64,000 bases of DNA, taken from positions 93,250,001-93,314,000 of the forward strand of contig NC_045697.1 in assembly GCF_009834535.1 (NCBI RefSeq), read 5' to 3'. Numbering within the stretch: the first letter of the stretch is position 1; the number at the start of each line of letters is the position of its first letter. The notes under the pieces are model-generated. The model saw nothing but the letters and a program-made list of their open reading frames with translations, was not told where the DNA came from and made no database searches. Below are positions 24,976 through 39,650 of this stretch, piece after piece. The translations under genes were made by a program, and so were the position numbers. This DNA comes from Camelus ferus. Its lineage: Eukaryota.

Positions 24976-26849
24976 CCATTCTATAAGTGCATTCTTTCCA
25001 GCCCTCTGGCTAGAGAGAAAAGGCTTTCACGTATCTTTTTTGTCTGTGCACACTGTTTCCTCGTACCCAGGCTGAGATACGCAGGAAGCAAAAACAAAAC
25101 CCAGGGAACTCAACATCAGATTGCCTTTTGATTTCCAACATCTCTAACGAGTATCTCTGCTCTTCAGAATTCCAAAATATCTGAGCTCATCCTTATGAAA
25201 AGAATCAGTATATACTCTCAAGATGAAAGCTTGTTTTCTATGTAATTTTTATATTCTTATTTGCTCATTGTAGTATTAAAGGAATATATTTCTATGTTCA
25301 TCCAACTTTATTCTTTTAGTGGTTAAACAGGTTAGGGTTTCTAGTCTGCACTACTACAGGGAAAAAAAGGCAAAGATTACTTTTAAAAATAAGAATCCAT
25401 CCTTTTGAATTAAGGATTTGCAATATGTTCTAAATAAAATGAAGATAAAAAGTTAACATTTGAACTTCAAGGTATTGGCATACAGAACCATGAAACTTAA
25501 ATTTCTCCTGGGAGTTGAGTTAATGTATTTTTGCCTTTTAAAAAAATGTGATAATATTTTTCAATGTTTAACATGAAATATTATTGAACCTAATAATCCA
25601 ATATTAATCTCAATTATTTAGGATATTTTGCCTTATACAACATATAGATCTAGTGTAGGTCAATATACCTACAAAATTATAGCACATTTTGTTCAAATTT
25701 ATGGAACAAATTTTGCATGGTACATTTTCCATTATTGCAAATATGTGTTGTCTTGTTTACCCCATGAAGGAGAAGATTCAAAATGATAGCCAAAGAATTC
25801 TCATTCATCATATAAATATAGTAAATAAAAATATCACCTCAGCATTAATGCTGATTTCATAATGAGGTATGTGAGGCTTTTATGAACTTGCTTAGGAAAA
25901 TTTACAGTTTTCTTCAGTTTTTGTGTTGTAATATATTCAGGAATATATGCCAAAATGGAGTTGTAATAAAATCTCTCATTTTCTTTTACATAAAATATAT
26001 GTGTTGTATTATTATAAATCCAGAGATACTTAAAGTAAGTTTCAAAAAGTATGGTTAAGAGTATACCACAATTAATTGTGGACAGCACAAAGTTATTGTT
26101 TATAGTAAAAATGACTACAAGGCACACATTTGTGTGTTGGCACAGAGCTTTTTTATTATCTCAGATCTGTCAAATTCAAAAGATTCATCCCAGGAATATG
26201 TGGGAAAAAAAGTTGGTCAGTGATATATATTATTAAATGTAACATGTTCTTCCTGAACAAATGTGATTCCCTAGTACAATTTCAGAGTCTCTTCTATTTG
26301 CCCACTATTATCAACAGGGGAGATTTTCTTCTTTTATTCTCCACTAATCATTTCTGACAAATAGTTGGCAAGCTTAATGGTGAAGGGCTTTCCATAGGGT
26401 TCTAGGTCAATCTCACCCCTTGGGAAGAAAGCACACATGTCTAAGAATAAACGCCCTCCAACAGAGGAAAAGGACAATGTTTTACCTAGTGCCTGTATGA
26501 CTTTTTTCCCCAAGTATAATTGGCTAATATCTTTGTGATACAATTTAACTGTTATTTCAGGTGGTTGACATGATTCATATTTTCCCTTCCTATTAAGGAA
26601 TGCAATGATTTTGTATTATACTACTCTCTTAGACCATCATTCTTGGTTTGAGCTACCCTTAGTTAAAAAAAAGTCCAAATTCTATTCAAAATACCAATGA
26701 AAATATCTTACTGAAAATACCAGCAATGCAATGCCTGTGACTTGACTGTGTTTGTGTCTGCGTGTGTAATTCTTTTCACTATTAGAGAAAGAGAGCTAGA
26801 AAGTTTAATAATTTGAAGAAAAGAATCTGAATAATTCTAACAAAGGTGA

Positions 26850-26906
26850 TATGTATATATAAACACATTTACATATATATATATATATATATAAATATAT
26901 ATAAAT
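26850..26906. repeat. (AT)n-rich simple repeat
   Basis: Seen directly. Confidence 0.9.
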
Positions 26907-28112
26907 AATTTCCTGGGTGATTGAAACAGAGTTAGCATTTTAAATCTGATGACCTACATGTAAACTTAATTTAAAAACCACTCACTGTTCTGAATTTCTC
27001 CACAAATAATGATAACTGCACTGAAAATGACTATGATGACATCCCAGCAACTATGTATCTTTTCAGATCTAAGTGCAAGTATTTTTGTTCATTTGTTCAA
27101 AAATTTTTATGCAATATTTATGTTCTAGGTATGGTGCTAATCTCAGAATAAGTAAAAATAAATATATTTTGTGACCTCATACTCTACTACCTGTTACAAT
27201 GATGAAGTGGACGCTTCTTGTGCTTTCTTATTACTCATTTTTGCTCTCCTCACTAATTACTGTATTAAGTTTAAGACTAACATGGACTTTATATGCTAAT
27301 TCTTTTCAATTGTGTAATATGCCTTGTACAAATATAAGTAAACACAACAAATACAAGTAAACATTAAAGGTACTTTCACCCAAAATATATTGGGTATAAA
27401 ATACTCCTTATTTGAACTATCCACATAGAGTTTACATTGAGGGTAATTTTTAGCCATTCATTTAAACAGAACAAAAACAAAGTAAGTATTAATTGATTTA
27501 AATAGAGAAAATTAAATGAAAAGATGAAGTGGTAAAGAGCCTACAGAAAATTGCTCAGTTTGCATATAAATTAGGTAATTAACCTCTCACCTGCCCAGGT
27601 AGAAGTTTATAACCCTAATTAAAATAATTATGTAAACTTCCAAGACTCACAGGAAAATGTGAGAAAGAAAATAAAATGCATTACTGCTCTTTATGTAATT
27701 TTACTTGAACTTAGCTAATAACATTGCTAATAACATTTCCATAGATTAAGTTGATTTAAATATTTTCATGTATATATCCCTTTATGGTTAATTCTAAGAG
27801 CTTTACTTAAAAATAAAATACAAGATAAAAATTTAATCTATAGAAAATGAAAGTAAGGAGGATGATAATTTGAGGTTCTTTAAAAATAAATTTCATTCTT
27901 TTCCTCCAAAATGTATGTGGTTATCTTACTATACTTTAACAATCCATGATTTTATAAGTATAAATATTCATTTTAATTAATTCCTAAAGATGTCTTATTT
28001 TTTAAATGTTGCAAAAGAGTTAAAATGCTATGGTATGACAAAGAAGCCTTAACCCTAAAGGAGAGCACTCTTTTGATAGTTCAATGAGTAAAGCATTCAC
28101 ATAATTTAACAC

Positions 28113-28300
28113 TAATCATTTAACAAACATTTATGGAACATTTATGTTAAAGAAACTGCTGAGCAGATGAGTGGGGCATTAAAATAAAGCAGAGACAAAT
28201 TTCCTGATTCCAAGGAATGTATGTACTTGTGAAGCATAAAAAAGAAAACAAATGAACGAGACAAATACATGATGGTGGTTATAGATGCTGTCAAGCTGTT
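28113..28300 (-). mobile_element. L2 3' end fragment
   Basis: TCATTTAACAAACATTTATGGAACATTTATG..AGACAAATTTCCTG. Confidence 0.55.
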
Positions 28301-28949
28301 AATGCATAAGGGCTAAAATAAATCAGAAAATGAAGGGATGAAAATTATATATATATATATAATACAATATAGAACATATTCCAAGTACTCTTTAAGATAT
28401 CTTAAGAAAGTTTTAATGCAGTTATAATTCAAGATGTTCTGATTTATTGCAGATGATAAAATTGAAGCTAAGAAAACTATGCAACTTTGAATTTTGAAAG
28501 GGTTCATGAATTATTTAACTGTTTAATATTTGTTAAACAAAAATAAGTGGATATTATAGCATTGAAACAAATATAAATACTGCCTAAGAAACAGAAGAAT
28601 AATGGAAAATATTAAATTCACAGTATGACTATGACATAGGTTTTAAGAAAGGGGATAATAAGAGCCAATATATAATAGGGAAGATAGAAACAAATACTGA
28701 ATTCCCAGCAATTTAGGTTAAAGTATTAGAATTGTACACTGAACAACTTATAGAATGAGTGAATACATATGGCAGTATGTGTAAGACATGGTGATTGAAA
28801 ATTGACATGATTGGGAAGGTATGACAAAGAAAGTGGCATCACTAGGAAAATTAAAACTTTAATACAATTTATGAGAGTATTGGATTGCAGTCATTTGAAG
28901 ATATAACTTGCAATTACAAAAATCCTTGAATAGCCTAAAGTTGGTATTT

Positions 28950-29350
28950 CATTACACCCTAAAATCTACCCTTAGCTCATTCTATTCCAATCACACCAGC
29001 TTTCTTATGCTAAGAATGGCTGTGTCCCAGAGCTTTGTCCTGTCTTTTGTCTTTGTCCAAAATATTCTGACCCAGATATTCACATGGCTTTTCCCTGTCT
29101 TTTGCAAGTCTTGTTCAATACTCATTGCCATAATAAAGTCAACACTGACCACTTACAAATATGTATCCTTTCCTTGAGCAATCCTTTTCATTATTTGTGT
29201 CTGTTAGTTGAATTAACCATTTGTTAAACTATTCTGGAATTTATTTATGTGAGATACTTACTTTCCATTCTATTTCCACTAACAACACTGTAAGAAAAAG
29301 GCAGATATTTTTGTCTATTGTCTATTGCATCAAAATTGCCTATAGTCTAC
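28950..29350 (+). mobile_element. L2 fragment
   Basis: CATTCTATTCCAATCACACCAGC..CAGAGCTTTG..CCCAGATATTCACATGGCT. Confidence 0.65.
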
Positions 29351-29604
29351 TTTCTGTATTGATGATCATTTATCTTCCGTGATGTGTCCTCCCACAATAA
29401 GGTAATCATGGGTCATGTTTTTATGATTATTCAGTAAAATATTCTCAAAGAATTGGACATTGGCTACAACAGGGTATTTCCAATCAGGTATTTAATTAAT
29501 ATTTTCAATGAAATTTTTTTTTCTAAGTTTTGCTTAGTAATGTTTATAGAAGACAAAAATATTGTATTATCAAGAAAGTTCATTTAATTTTGAGGTAAAA
29601 AAAT

Positions 29605-31665
29605 TACCTGAAACTAATAAACAATTATAGCCAGACTGCAGGATAAAAGATTAATATACAAAAGGCAATAGCTTTCCTATATGCCAGCAATGAATGTGTG
29701 GAATTTGAAATTAAAAACACAATGTTATTCACCATAGCACCTAAATAAATGAAATACTCAAGTATAAATCTAATAAACTCCATAAAAGATTTGTGAGGAA
29801 AATGACAAAACTCTAATGAACAAAATCAAAGAAGAACTAAATAAAAGGAGATAAATAGGAATATATATGCATAATCAATATTACCAATATATTATCTATA
29901 TCATCAGGATGTCAGTTCTTCCCAATGTGATCTGAAGACTCAATACAATCTCATTCCAAATTCCAACAAGTTATTTTGTGGATATCAATAAACTGATTCT
30001 AAAGTTTATATGGAGAGGCAAAACACAAAAAATAGCCAACACAATACTGAAGAAGAACAAAGTTGGAGGACTGGTGTTAACCAACTTCAAGACTTAGTAT
30101 AAAGCTACAGCAATTAAGATAGTGTGGTATTGGTAAAAGAACAGACAAATAGATCAGTGGAACAGAGCAGAGGGCCCAGAAACAGACCTGCATAAATAAA
30201 GTCAACTATATTTTGACAAAGGAGCAAAGGTAACGTGATAAAACAAAGATTTTTTTTTTTAACAAATGGTGTTGAAAAAGCTGGGCATCCATGTGCAAAA
30301 AAAAAAAAAAAAGTCTACATAGATCTTACACTTTTCACAAAATTAACTCAAAATGGATCACATTTTGTAAAATGCAAAATTATAAAAATTATAGAAATAG
30401 CATAGGAGAAAACCTAGATGACTTTGGGTATGAAAATGACTCTTTAAATACAACACCAAAGATACAGTTCACGAGAGAAACAACTGAAAAGCTGGACTTC
30501 ATTAAAATTAAAAACTTCTGCTCTACAAAAGACAATGTCAAGAAATTGAGAAGAAAAGCCACAGTCTGGCATAAAATATTTGTAAAATACATAACTGATA
30601 AAGGACTTTTATCCAAAATATACAAAGAATACTTAAAATTCAACAGTAAGAAATCGAACAATGGGATTTAAAGATGGGCCAAAGACCTTACCAAAGAAAA
30701 TACACAGATGGCAAAAAAGCATATCAAAAGATACTCTACTTCACACGTCATCAGGGAAATACAAATTAAAACAACAATGAACTAACACTACATACCTATT
30801 AGAATGGCCAAAATCTGGAACACTGAAACACTAAATGTTGGCAAGAATGAGGAACAAGAAGAACTCTCATTCACTGTTAGTGGAAATACAAAATGGTATA
30901 GCCACTTTGGAAGACAGTTTGGTGGTTCAGCAGTAAAACTAACATAATTCTACCACATGATCCTGCAATCACACTTTCAGGTATTTACCCAAAGGAGTAG
31001 AAAATGTATGTTCATACAAAAATCTGCACACAGTCTTTATAGCAGATTTATTCATAATTGCCAAAATGTAGGAGCATATCCTTTAGAGGTGAATGGGTAA
31101 ATAAAGTGTGGCACATTCAGCCAACATTGTATTATTCAGTACTAAAAAGAAATGAGCATTCTTCTTCATGAAAAGTCATGGAGAAACCTCATGTGTATAT
31201 TACTAAGTGAAAGAAGCCAATGTGAAAATGCCACATCCTGTATGATTCCAACTATATGACATTATGGAACAGGCAAGTCTATGGAAACAGCAGAAGTATC
31301 AGTAATTGGGGGGTGGAGGTGGAGGAGGAGGATGAATAGGTAGAGCACAGAGGATTTTTAGGGCAATGAAAATATTCTGTAGCACACCATAATCATGGAT
31401 ACATGTCCTTATACACATGTCCAAATTCATAGAATATACAACATCTAGAGAGAACCATAATGTAAACCGTGGACTTTGGGTGATTGTGATGTATTAGTGT
31501 AGACTTATTAACTGTAACAAACACATCATTCTGGTTGAAGCTATTGATAATGGGGAAGGCTATGCATATGTGGGGGTAGTGAGGATATTTGGGAATTCTC
31601 TGTATCTTCCCCTAAATCATGCTGTGAACTTAAAACTGCTTTAAAGGTAAATTTAATTTTTAAAA
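29605..31665 (+). mobile_element. 5'-truncated L1MC1-like element (ORF2 C-terminal half plus 3' UTR)
   Basis: ORF 30291..30671 (KINSKWI..LDFIKIKNFCSTKD..DKGLLSKIYKE); 3' UTR GAGCACAGAGGATTTTTAGGGCAATGAAA..GGACTTTGGGTGATTGTGATG. Confidence 0.93.
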
Positions 31666-31749
31666 GTTTTGTTTAGGTAAGAAATTTATTTAAGAATTCT
31701 CAGAATCTACTCTTGTCTAATGATCACTGTAAAATATTCCTATTTAAGG

Positions 31750-34680
31750 AAAATAAAATTTGACAGTGAAGCCACCTGAGCCTGGAGGTTTGAATTAAAT
31801 ATCTTCGATATATTTAAAAATCTACACAGATATGCTATTTTTTCTTGTGTAATCTTTAATATGGTTTTGCTTTTCAAATCACAAATGTTATCAAATTTAT
31901 TGGCATGAAGCTTTTGTAATTTCCTTTACCATCAATAGATCTATAGGGTCTATTCCACAGTCCTCTCCCCTTAAATTCCTGTCAGTAGTTGCTTTGGGTT
32001 TTCTTTCTATATTTCTCTATCTAGAAGTTAATCAATTTACTGATTTTATCCAAGATTAGCTTTAGATTTTTTTTCCTTTGGTATTTCTTTAACGCTTTTA
32101 AAAATTTACATTACCTCTATTCTTACTTTTTTCTTCTCTGATTTTAATAGACTTTTCTCCTGACTTTTTAAGGTAGAAACTTGCCTCATTGACTTAGACA
32201 TTTCTCTTTTTCTAACATAAGCATTAAAAGCTATAAATTTTCCCCTAGGTAATCCTGAAGCAGTAGTGTTTTTATTTTTATCGAGACCAAAGAACCTTCT
32301 AATTTCTCTTTTGATTTACTATTTGACACCAAGGGGCATTCTGAGGTTTATTAATTTCCAAATATTTGAGCATTCCCAGATTTTTTTCTGTTTTCATTTC
32401 TGATTAATTCTAGTGGGTCAGAGAACATATGATCCAATTATGTTAAATTTGTTGCAATTTTAAAAAATGCTTAGCATGCACTGAGTGTTAATGAAATATA
32501 AAAAAAGAAGTTTCTGCTTGCAATAAATGAGCTATTCTGTAAATGTCCTAGACCTAGTTATTTGATTATGTCATCAAATTATCTGATATACCTACAAATT
32601 TTTCATTTATTTTTAATAATAACAAATGTACTTATGAAATATTCAAATATAAATGTGGAGTTGTATATTATTCTTTTCAGTTATGTTAGTTTTACCTGAT
32701 GTATTTTAAATACAGAATTTTTTTGTTATTGCATAGAAGTATATTTTGGATTATCAGCTTCTTTGGATGAACTGAGCCATGTCCATCTTTATCCTTGCTA
32801 AAAAATATTCCTTGTGCAGAAGCCTCCTTTTTTCTATTATGAACCTGAGTACAATTTCATTGAATGTTCTTCTCCATCTATAGAAATAATCCTTTATAGA
32901 TTTTTTCTATTTTAGTGTTAATGTGGTAAATAACATAGCTGTATTTGCTAAATAAACCTTGAATTGCTAGAATAAACCACACATTTTCATGATGAATTGT
33001 GCTTTTTATGACAGTTAGATGAGATATGCTAAAATTTCACTGAGAAATTTTATATCAATATTCATGGAAAATATAGGTCTGTACTTTTCCATTAATCTAT
33101 TTGTATGGTTTTGGCATCAGGGTAATATGTGCCATGTACAACTGATTGGTAAGTTGCCTGTTCTTCCATTTGTAAAAGACCTTGTGTAGACTGTACATTA
33201 TTTACTATTTAAATGTTTGTGAGACTACACTAGTGAAAGCTTCTGGACCTGGAATCTTTGTGTAAGAGGTTTTAAACTATGAATTAATTTAATTAATAGA
33301 TTCAAGACATTCATGTTAACTATTCTTAAGTGAATTTTACTGTTGTCTGTCAAAAAATTGTTCATTTTACCAAACTTAAAAATGTATTTGCATACAGTTT
33401 CTTAAAAATATATGCTTACTATAATTTTATAATTTGTAATTGGTGATACTCCCTCTTTCATTACTCATTTTAGTAATCTCTATCTTCTCTCTTGTATTTT
33501 ATTGATGACTATGTCTAGATTTTTTTTTTCATTTTTTAATAATCCAGCTTTTGATCTCATTGATATTCCATATTGGTCTTGTTTTTTTATTTTTTAATCT
33601 TATTTTTATTATATATCCCTCTGTTTACTTTGGTTTTAATTTGCTTGTATCATTGATGTGATATTTTTATCTATTTCCTAATTGCTATGGACTAAATTGT
33701 GCCCCCACAAAATTGATATGGTTGATGCCCTAACCCCCAGTGTGGCTGTATTTGGAGATAGGATTTTTAAGGAGGTTAATAAGGTTGGGTTATAAAGATG
33801 AGGACCAAATCTATTAAGGCTGATAGCCTTATAAGAAGAGAAAGAGACCCTGGAGAGTTCTTCCTCTCTGCACATGTGCATAGAAGAAGGCCAGTGTGGG
33901 GTTACAGCAGTGAGAAGGCAAGCCAGGAAGAGTCCTTTTCGGAAATTTAATCAGGTGGCACTTGACATCTTGCCATTAGAACTGTTTGAAAATATTTTTT
34001 TTTCTTGCTCCAGTCTGTGGTATTTTTTGTGGCAGCCCAAGCAAATGAATATACTAATATAAATAAATATTGCTGTAAAATTTACTTTCAAAGCATTGCT
34101 TTAGTTGTATCCATTAATTTTTGATATGGTATTTGTTCATTTTCATTCATTTCTAAGCAATTTTCTGATATCACTTGTGATACTTTCTTGAACCTTGGAT
34201 TATTTTGAACTTTATGGTATGATTTCCAAAAGTTTGAATATTTTCCAACAGCATTCTATTATTGAGTTATATTTTCATTTTTGTGAAAAGAGAGATTACT
34301 TTATATCATATAAAAATCAACAATTTATTGTGACTTCCTTAAAGGACCAGAATAAGGCCCAACATAGTGATTATTTCCTGCACATGTGAAAAAATGCATA
34401 TTCTGTTGTTATTTCTTTAGCATTGACATTTATAAATGTCAAATTGGTAAAATTATTTGGTAGTGTTTTTCAAGACTCAATTTCCCTACTAATCTTCTGT
34501 ATGTTTATTTATTACTGAGAAAGGAATGCTGAAATCTCATACTGTATTTTTAGATAGGACTTTTTTGGTTTTAATTAAATAATTTCTGTTTTATGTGTTT
34601 TGAATGCCTTTTTGGGAGTAATTACAAATCTAAAATTATTATGTTTATTACTTAATAATATAATTATATAGTATATAAGT
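31750..34680 (-). mobile_element. Old, rearranged L1 ORF2 fragments (L1M/L1ME), interrupted by a MaLR LTR
   Basis: T-rich antisense L1 blocks: AGCATTAAAAGCTATAAATTTTCCCCTAG, GGTTTTGGCATCAGGGTAAT, TAGTGAAAGCTTCTGGACCTGGA. Confidence 0.75.
33683..34053 (+). mobile_element. MLT1A-like MaLR solo LTR
   Basis: TGCTATGGACTAAATTGTGCCCCC..CCCTAACCCCCAGTGTGGCTGTATTTGGAGATAGG..GGTATTTTTTGTGGCAGCCCAAGC; perfect 5-bp TSD CTAAT. Confidence 0.92.
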
Positions 34681-34709
34681 AGCTCCTCTTCTCCTATTTA
34701 TTTATTTAT

Positions 34710-35350
34710 TGAAAGAGCTAATTTCCCAAAGAATGTCAATCAATAAATAGGAAACAGATGATGATATACCTAAGTCATTATTTGACAACCATCATAGTAG
34801 TATCTAATTAAGTCAAGAAACATCAATGGATACTACACCTAGTGGGTGAATAAATGGATGAGAGAAATGAGGTATTTGCATTGTCTCAAAGCCATTTCCT
34901 CATGAAATAATTAAATATTACTTACTTATATAATTACATATTATATTAGGCCATGTCACATTATATTATATAGTATATCAATACACAATGCTTAATTATA
35001 AAGCAAACGAAGACTAATTTTATGATAGAGAAACCTGGAAAGCATCACCTTTCAAATGATCATACTTAAAACCACTGCTGATGAGACAAATAGATTCTAT
35101 ATGCCACCAGATTTGTTTGGGATGTTGTGGAAGTCAAGGAAGGACTAGGAAACATCTTTATTGAAGGAACTGAAAAGAAATGGAACCTGGAGGAATAGTC
35201 TCCTGGAGTGGATTAATTTCCTATAAAAAGTATTGGGGCAGTTTGTGAATGTGAAAGGATTCTCTGGTTGAAAGTTACATGGCTGTTCTTGGTATTGCTT
35301 TAGCAACTTTCTTTAAGTTGCCATGGTTTCATAAAAACATTAAAAGAAAA
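34710..35350 (+). mobile_element. L1MC4-like 3' UTR fragment
   Basis: CATTATTTGACAACCATCATAGTA..CATCAATGGATACTA..CTAGTGGGTGAA; GAGAAACCTGGAAAGCATCACCTT. Confidence 0.6.
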
Positions 35351-37628
35351 AAATGATATCAAATAGGCACAGAGTGTTAACCTGATTTCTGTACCAGGGA
35401 TCACCAGGGAAGCTGTTTTCCTACTATCTTCAATATATTTTAATATTTAATCAAATAGTTTCATCGTTCCATAATTAGTGGAAATTAATCCTTGATTTCT
35501 GTAAACTAGTACTTGATCATTTTCCAGTACTGTTTGGCCATTTTCATTTTAATTTTTGCCTTTTAAAAATTTTTTAATAAATTTAAGTTAGGGATGGTTA
35601 CATTATGACCAACTAAACCAAATAGAGTTATAACAAGTATCGAATATATCCATTTAGCTTTGTCAGATTTCAGAACAATCGCCTTTTAAAAAGAGAATTC
35701 TAAGTAGTTTTCTTAAAATAAAATCCACTTGATTCAACAAAACTTAATGTGATTTTTCTTCTTAAAATGGCTACTCCTTGAGTTCTTGGGAATAAACAAT
35801 GCTCTCCATAAAACTGTATATCAGCAAATCTGCACATTGAGCATCTCAGCTAGAGCAAGTTTATGAAAACAGCCTCAATTTGTGGCTTGTGGTGATGCCT
35901 TCATAAGCAGTTTTCAATTAACCCGCTGGAAAGTATCTCTGAATATGTAATTTTGTATCATTTTTTAAAGCAGCCATTTAATTTTGAAGCACAATGAACA
36001 TAATATGAATAAATTAAGCAGATATACAGCTGTTTCAAAAAAATTGAGTTTCTCTCCTAGTACTTTATTATTTTAATAAAAATAGATGACCACTAGTCAT
36101 TTTATTTTTCATGGTTGAATTGATTCGATTGGGCTTCATGTTTCACTTACGATTCCCCTCAACAAGCTGAAGGTAAATGCATCATATGCTGTAAGTTATC
36201 AGCTTTTGACTAATTTAACATACGTATACAATTATGATATTTTTCCCCAATTGGATGTTAGGGTATATTATAGTTCTTTATTATTTTACATCTGAATATG
36301 CTAACTTTTTCTCAGTGGGAAATGTGCTAGCAGTGAGAGTACAAGTAGTTATGGCCCTTCATTTCTTTTTTCCTCAATAAAACACAGAATGAAAATTACC
36401 TACACATTCTTGGGGGGGGAGGTCTCAACGTATCTTTTAATTTGACTAATAATTCAGTTATCAGGAACTACAGGTAAGTGCTGTTGCCATCTCTACCTGT
36501 ATTTCTACACATTTAAACTTCCTATACATTTCTAAACCAGTGTACCAATGTGGAAAATACATCCAACAATAATCTCATAATATTTAATTATGAGGAAAGT
36601 GATCACCTGCTCACATTAAGGAACAGTGAAAGTGGAAGAGCAACAGTACCCAGGATTCTAAATAGTGATACAGGGTTGATCAGATGCCAAAACACAACCA
36701 ATAAGGATCAAGTGAAGGTAGAAACTATATGAATAGAACATGTCTAAAGTCAATAAAAGTGAAAAGGCAGTCAGTCATAGGGAATGCTCAAACAGAAGAC
36801 GCACATGGCATATGCCTAGACAGACAATGAATGTTTATTTTCTTTAGAGTTTTGCTTATATTATTTCTAACATTTCTTGGTAAGATTGGCATCCTGGATA
36901 AGAATAGCTATTCTTACTTTTACAGATAATTTAAAAATCATTCTTCTCTCCAATAACTCAGTTCAAATTATAAGCAGTTAAAGAAAGCTAAATTAATAAG
37001 ATAAAATATTGATCATTTTAAAGGAGAAAGAGAAAATTTTGTCAGCTTAATGTAGAAATCTTTTTCAGCTTTATGTTAGCAAGTAATCTGCCAATAGACT
37101 TCTCATGCACAGTTATGCTGAATGGAAATTCAAGCTATTGGAATAGAAAAGTTTATTTTTAATTATTCTGTGATGCCCTGAAGCTTATTTACCAGATATT
37201 TTATCTATTTTTAAAATTGTCCCATGAATTACTTATAAACAAGAGAGATCAATATCTTTGAAAGTTCTGTAAATAATTTTATAATTCAGCTAGGAATTGC
37301 CTTGTTCATTTGCCAACATTATTATATTCTATGAAAAGTAAATAGCAAAAATAATTTCCAACTGCTATGCATATGGAATTCTCACTCTTCAACATCTCAA
37401 ATTGACTAGATTTTCTCACTTTCCTATTGATTTTCTCATATGTGTTAGAAATGAGTATTCTAGTATAAAAATAGTGTCCATTCCTCAGTCCTCCTAAATA
37501 TGTACTGAAAGTCTCAATAACCCATGAATAACAGAGGCATTTAGTGCCTAATGCCAACATTCTATTTCCTACATTAAGCCTTATACATAAACAGACTAGT
37601 AGAAGTTCACTGCTACTGTTAGGCAGTT

Positions 37629-38238
37629 TGATAGAAATGAGCACTGGGCAAGGGGAGAGGAAGGGGGAGGCAGCAAACCAGAAAATAATGGTACACCTGC
37701 ACTCAGAATAAGAGGCTCCAAAAACTTTTACTCTCTCTAAATGAAGGTCAGCAAAGAAGTCGGCTAGAATCCAAATGCTGCAGCTGCACAGTACAGAGAG
37801 GGACCAGCTTAACTTGACCCAATGCTCATTATAATGTAATTAACATTACAGCTTGAGCCCCCTCCCATAGGTTTCTCTGTGTGCATCATGGGTGAAAACA
37901 TGCACAGAAGAGATGGGCGTGCCTGAGCACAGGGAACTTGAGCTGTCAATCAGCCTAAGCACTCAAAGACGAGAAGCCATCAATAATCAATCACGAAAAT
38001 GCCCCCTAAGCCAGGATATAAGAATAGAAAAAACAAAGGAGAGGAGTCATTTTCCCTCTTTCAGATTGGCCTGCACCCAATTTTGGGGAGTATACTCTAC
38101 TTTACTACCTTTTTACTTCACTAATAAAATCTTATGTTTATATCATGCTCTCTGTCTCCTGGTAAAAATTCATTTTTTTTTTTCTGGTGACTAAGAACCA
38201 GGGTAACTTTTATTCCTCTCTTTCCTGTAATGCTATCA
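37629..38238 (+). mobile_element. ERV1-type solo LTR
   Basis: Terminal inverted repeat TGATAG...CTATCA, GATATAAG near 38015, AATAAA near 38123, U5-like GACTAAGAACCAGGG; TSD not clear. Confidence 0.7.
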
Positions 38239-39059
38239 TTGTGCAAAGTTATCAATAATAATTGGTTTCATAAAGGCAATTACTTGCCAAGCACTAGTTG
38301 AATCAAACTACCTCTTGTTTATTGATTTCTATGCAGGCAACCAAATACCAGGGGCTCAGAAACACTAAAATGACGAATTTATATGTATATTAAACATAGG
38401 ATTCATATGCTCTTATTGAAAAAATTGAAATAGATGTTATAAAAGTTATTTGAAAACATTTCACCAGAATGTTTTAAATGGCATAAATGGGCAGAATGAC
38501 AAAAACAGATTTTTTTAAAAATCTGGAAGCAAATTTCAACCATTGTAAAAGTAGTAAGGAGACGGGCAAGACAAATATCTGAAAGTTGAGTTCAAGGAAG
38601 GGAGAGGGAAAATAAAGCTGCTACCAGTGGAGTCTAAATCTATAAGTAAAATCATTTTCAACATGTATTTTTATATAATCTGAGTCAAAAAGTGATACAT
38701 TCTATATCAACCAATATTAATTAAAGGTGTTAAAATTTTTAAATTGAATTTAAAAATTAGGAACCTAAAATAAAGACAGAACTCAGCCTGGTGAAAAAAA
38801 ATGTATAATTCAGTTTCCTACATACTCTGATCTGGAGGATTAAGGATTTGAAATGTGACCATACAAAGTAGGATCATGACTCTGATTAGCCACTTATTAA
38901 AAATAAATCAGAGAATCTATTACAGTTAGGAGTTAAATAACTTGCTTTGATGATGCACATTTATTTCAGAAATTTGGACCTGAAATTATATTTTTCAAGA
39001 CCTGACAGGAGGAAGAAAATATAAAAGGAGAACTTTCTTACAAGTGTACTTAGTATAAA

Positions 39060-39650
39060 TGAAACTGAGAGGACCTTGCTATCAATGTCCATTTTGTGTT
39101 GGACTTTCTTCTCAATGAGCAACTAATTTATAAACACTCCTAGATGGAAAGGAATCTTGCAATCTTCCTCTTGTGAATGAAAAATACTGCAAACCCTATC
39201 AGTAAACAAAGAATTCTGAAGCCATCAAGTCATCAGCCACTGCTGCAACTCCCTACAGTGAAGACAAGCCTGCAGCCCAGCCTCTGCAGCCACTCCAGTG
39301 GTGCACCCTGAGGGGACTCAGAATAAGAAAGGACAGGACACTGGCCCTAGATAGCTGGATGCTTGTCAAAGGAATGAATTCAATGAGCCCAAATGTTTGC
39401 TTCCTCCCATACATAGAAAAGCACTAAATTCTCTAACTTGAGATGCCTCCTTTTCTTTAGATAACAAGTAATCTTTTATTGTTCCAATACCTGGTCTTTG
39501 TTGTAAAGCTCATATATATCCCAGCTCCACCCCTACCTCTTCAGAGCAATCCCTCAGAGCCATCTGAAAGGCTATCATCCCGGCTCCAGTCCTCCCACCA
39601 AATAAAACATAACCCTCAACTTTTAGGCTGTGCATTTATTTCAGTCAACA
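39060..39650 (+). mobile_element. ERV1-type solo LTR (artiodactyl type)
   Basis: TGAAACTGAG start, CATATATATCC TATA region, AATAAAACATAAC and terminus TTTCAGTCAACA. Confidence 0.75.

Noticed and set aside
30291..30671. 126-aa ORF
   Set aside because: L1 ORF2 fragment flanked by frameshifts and stops
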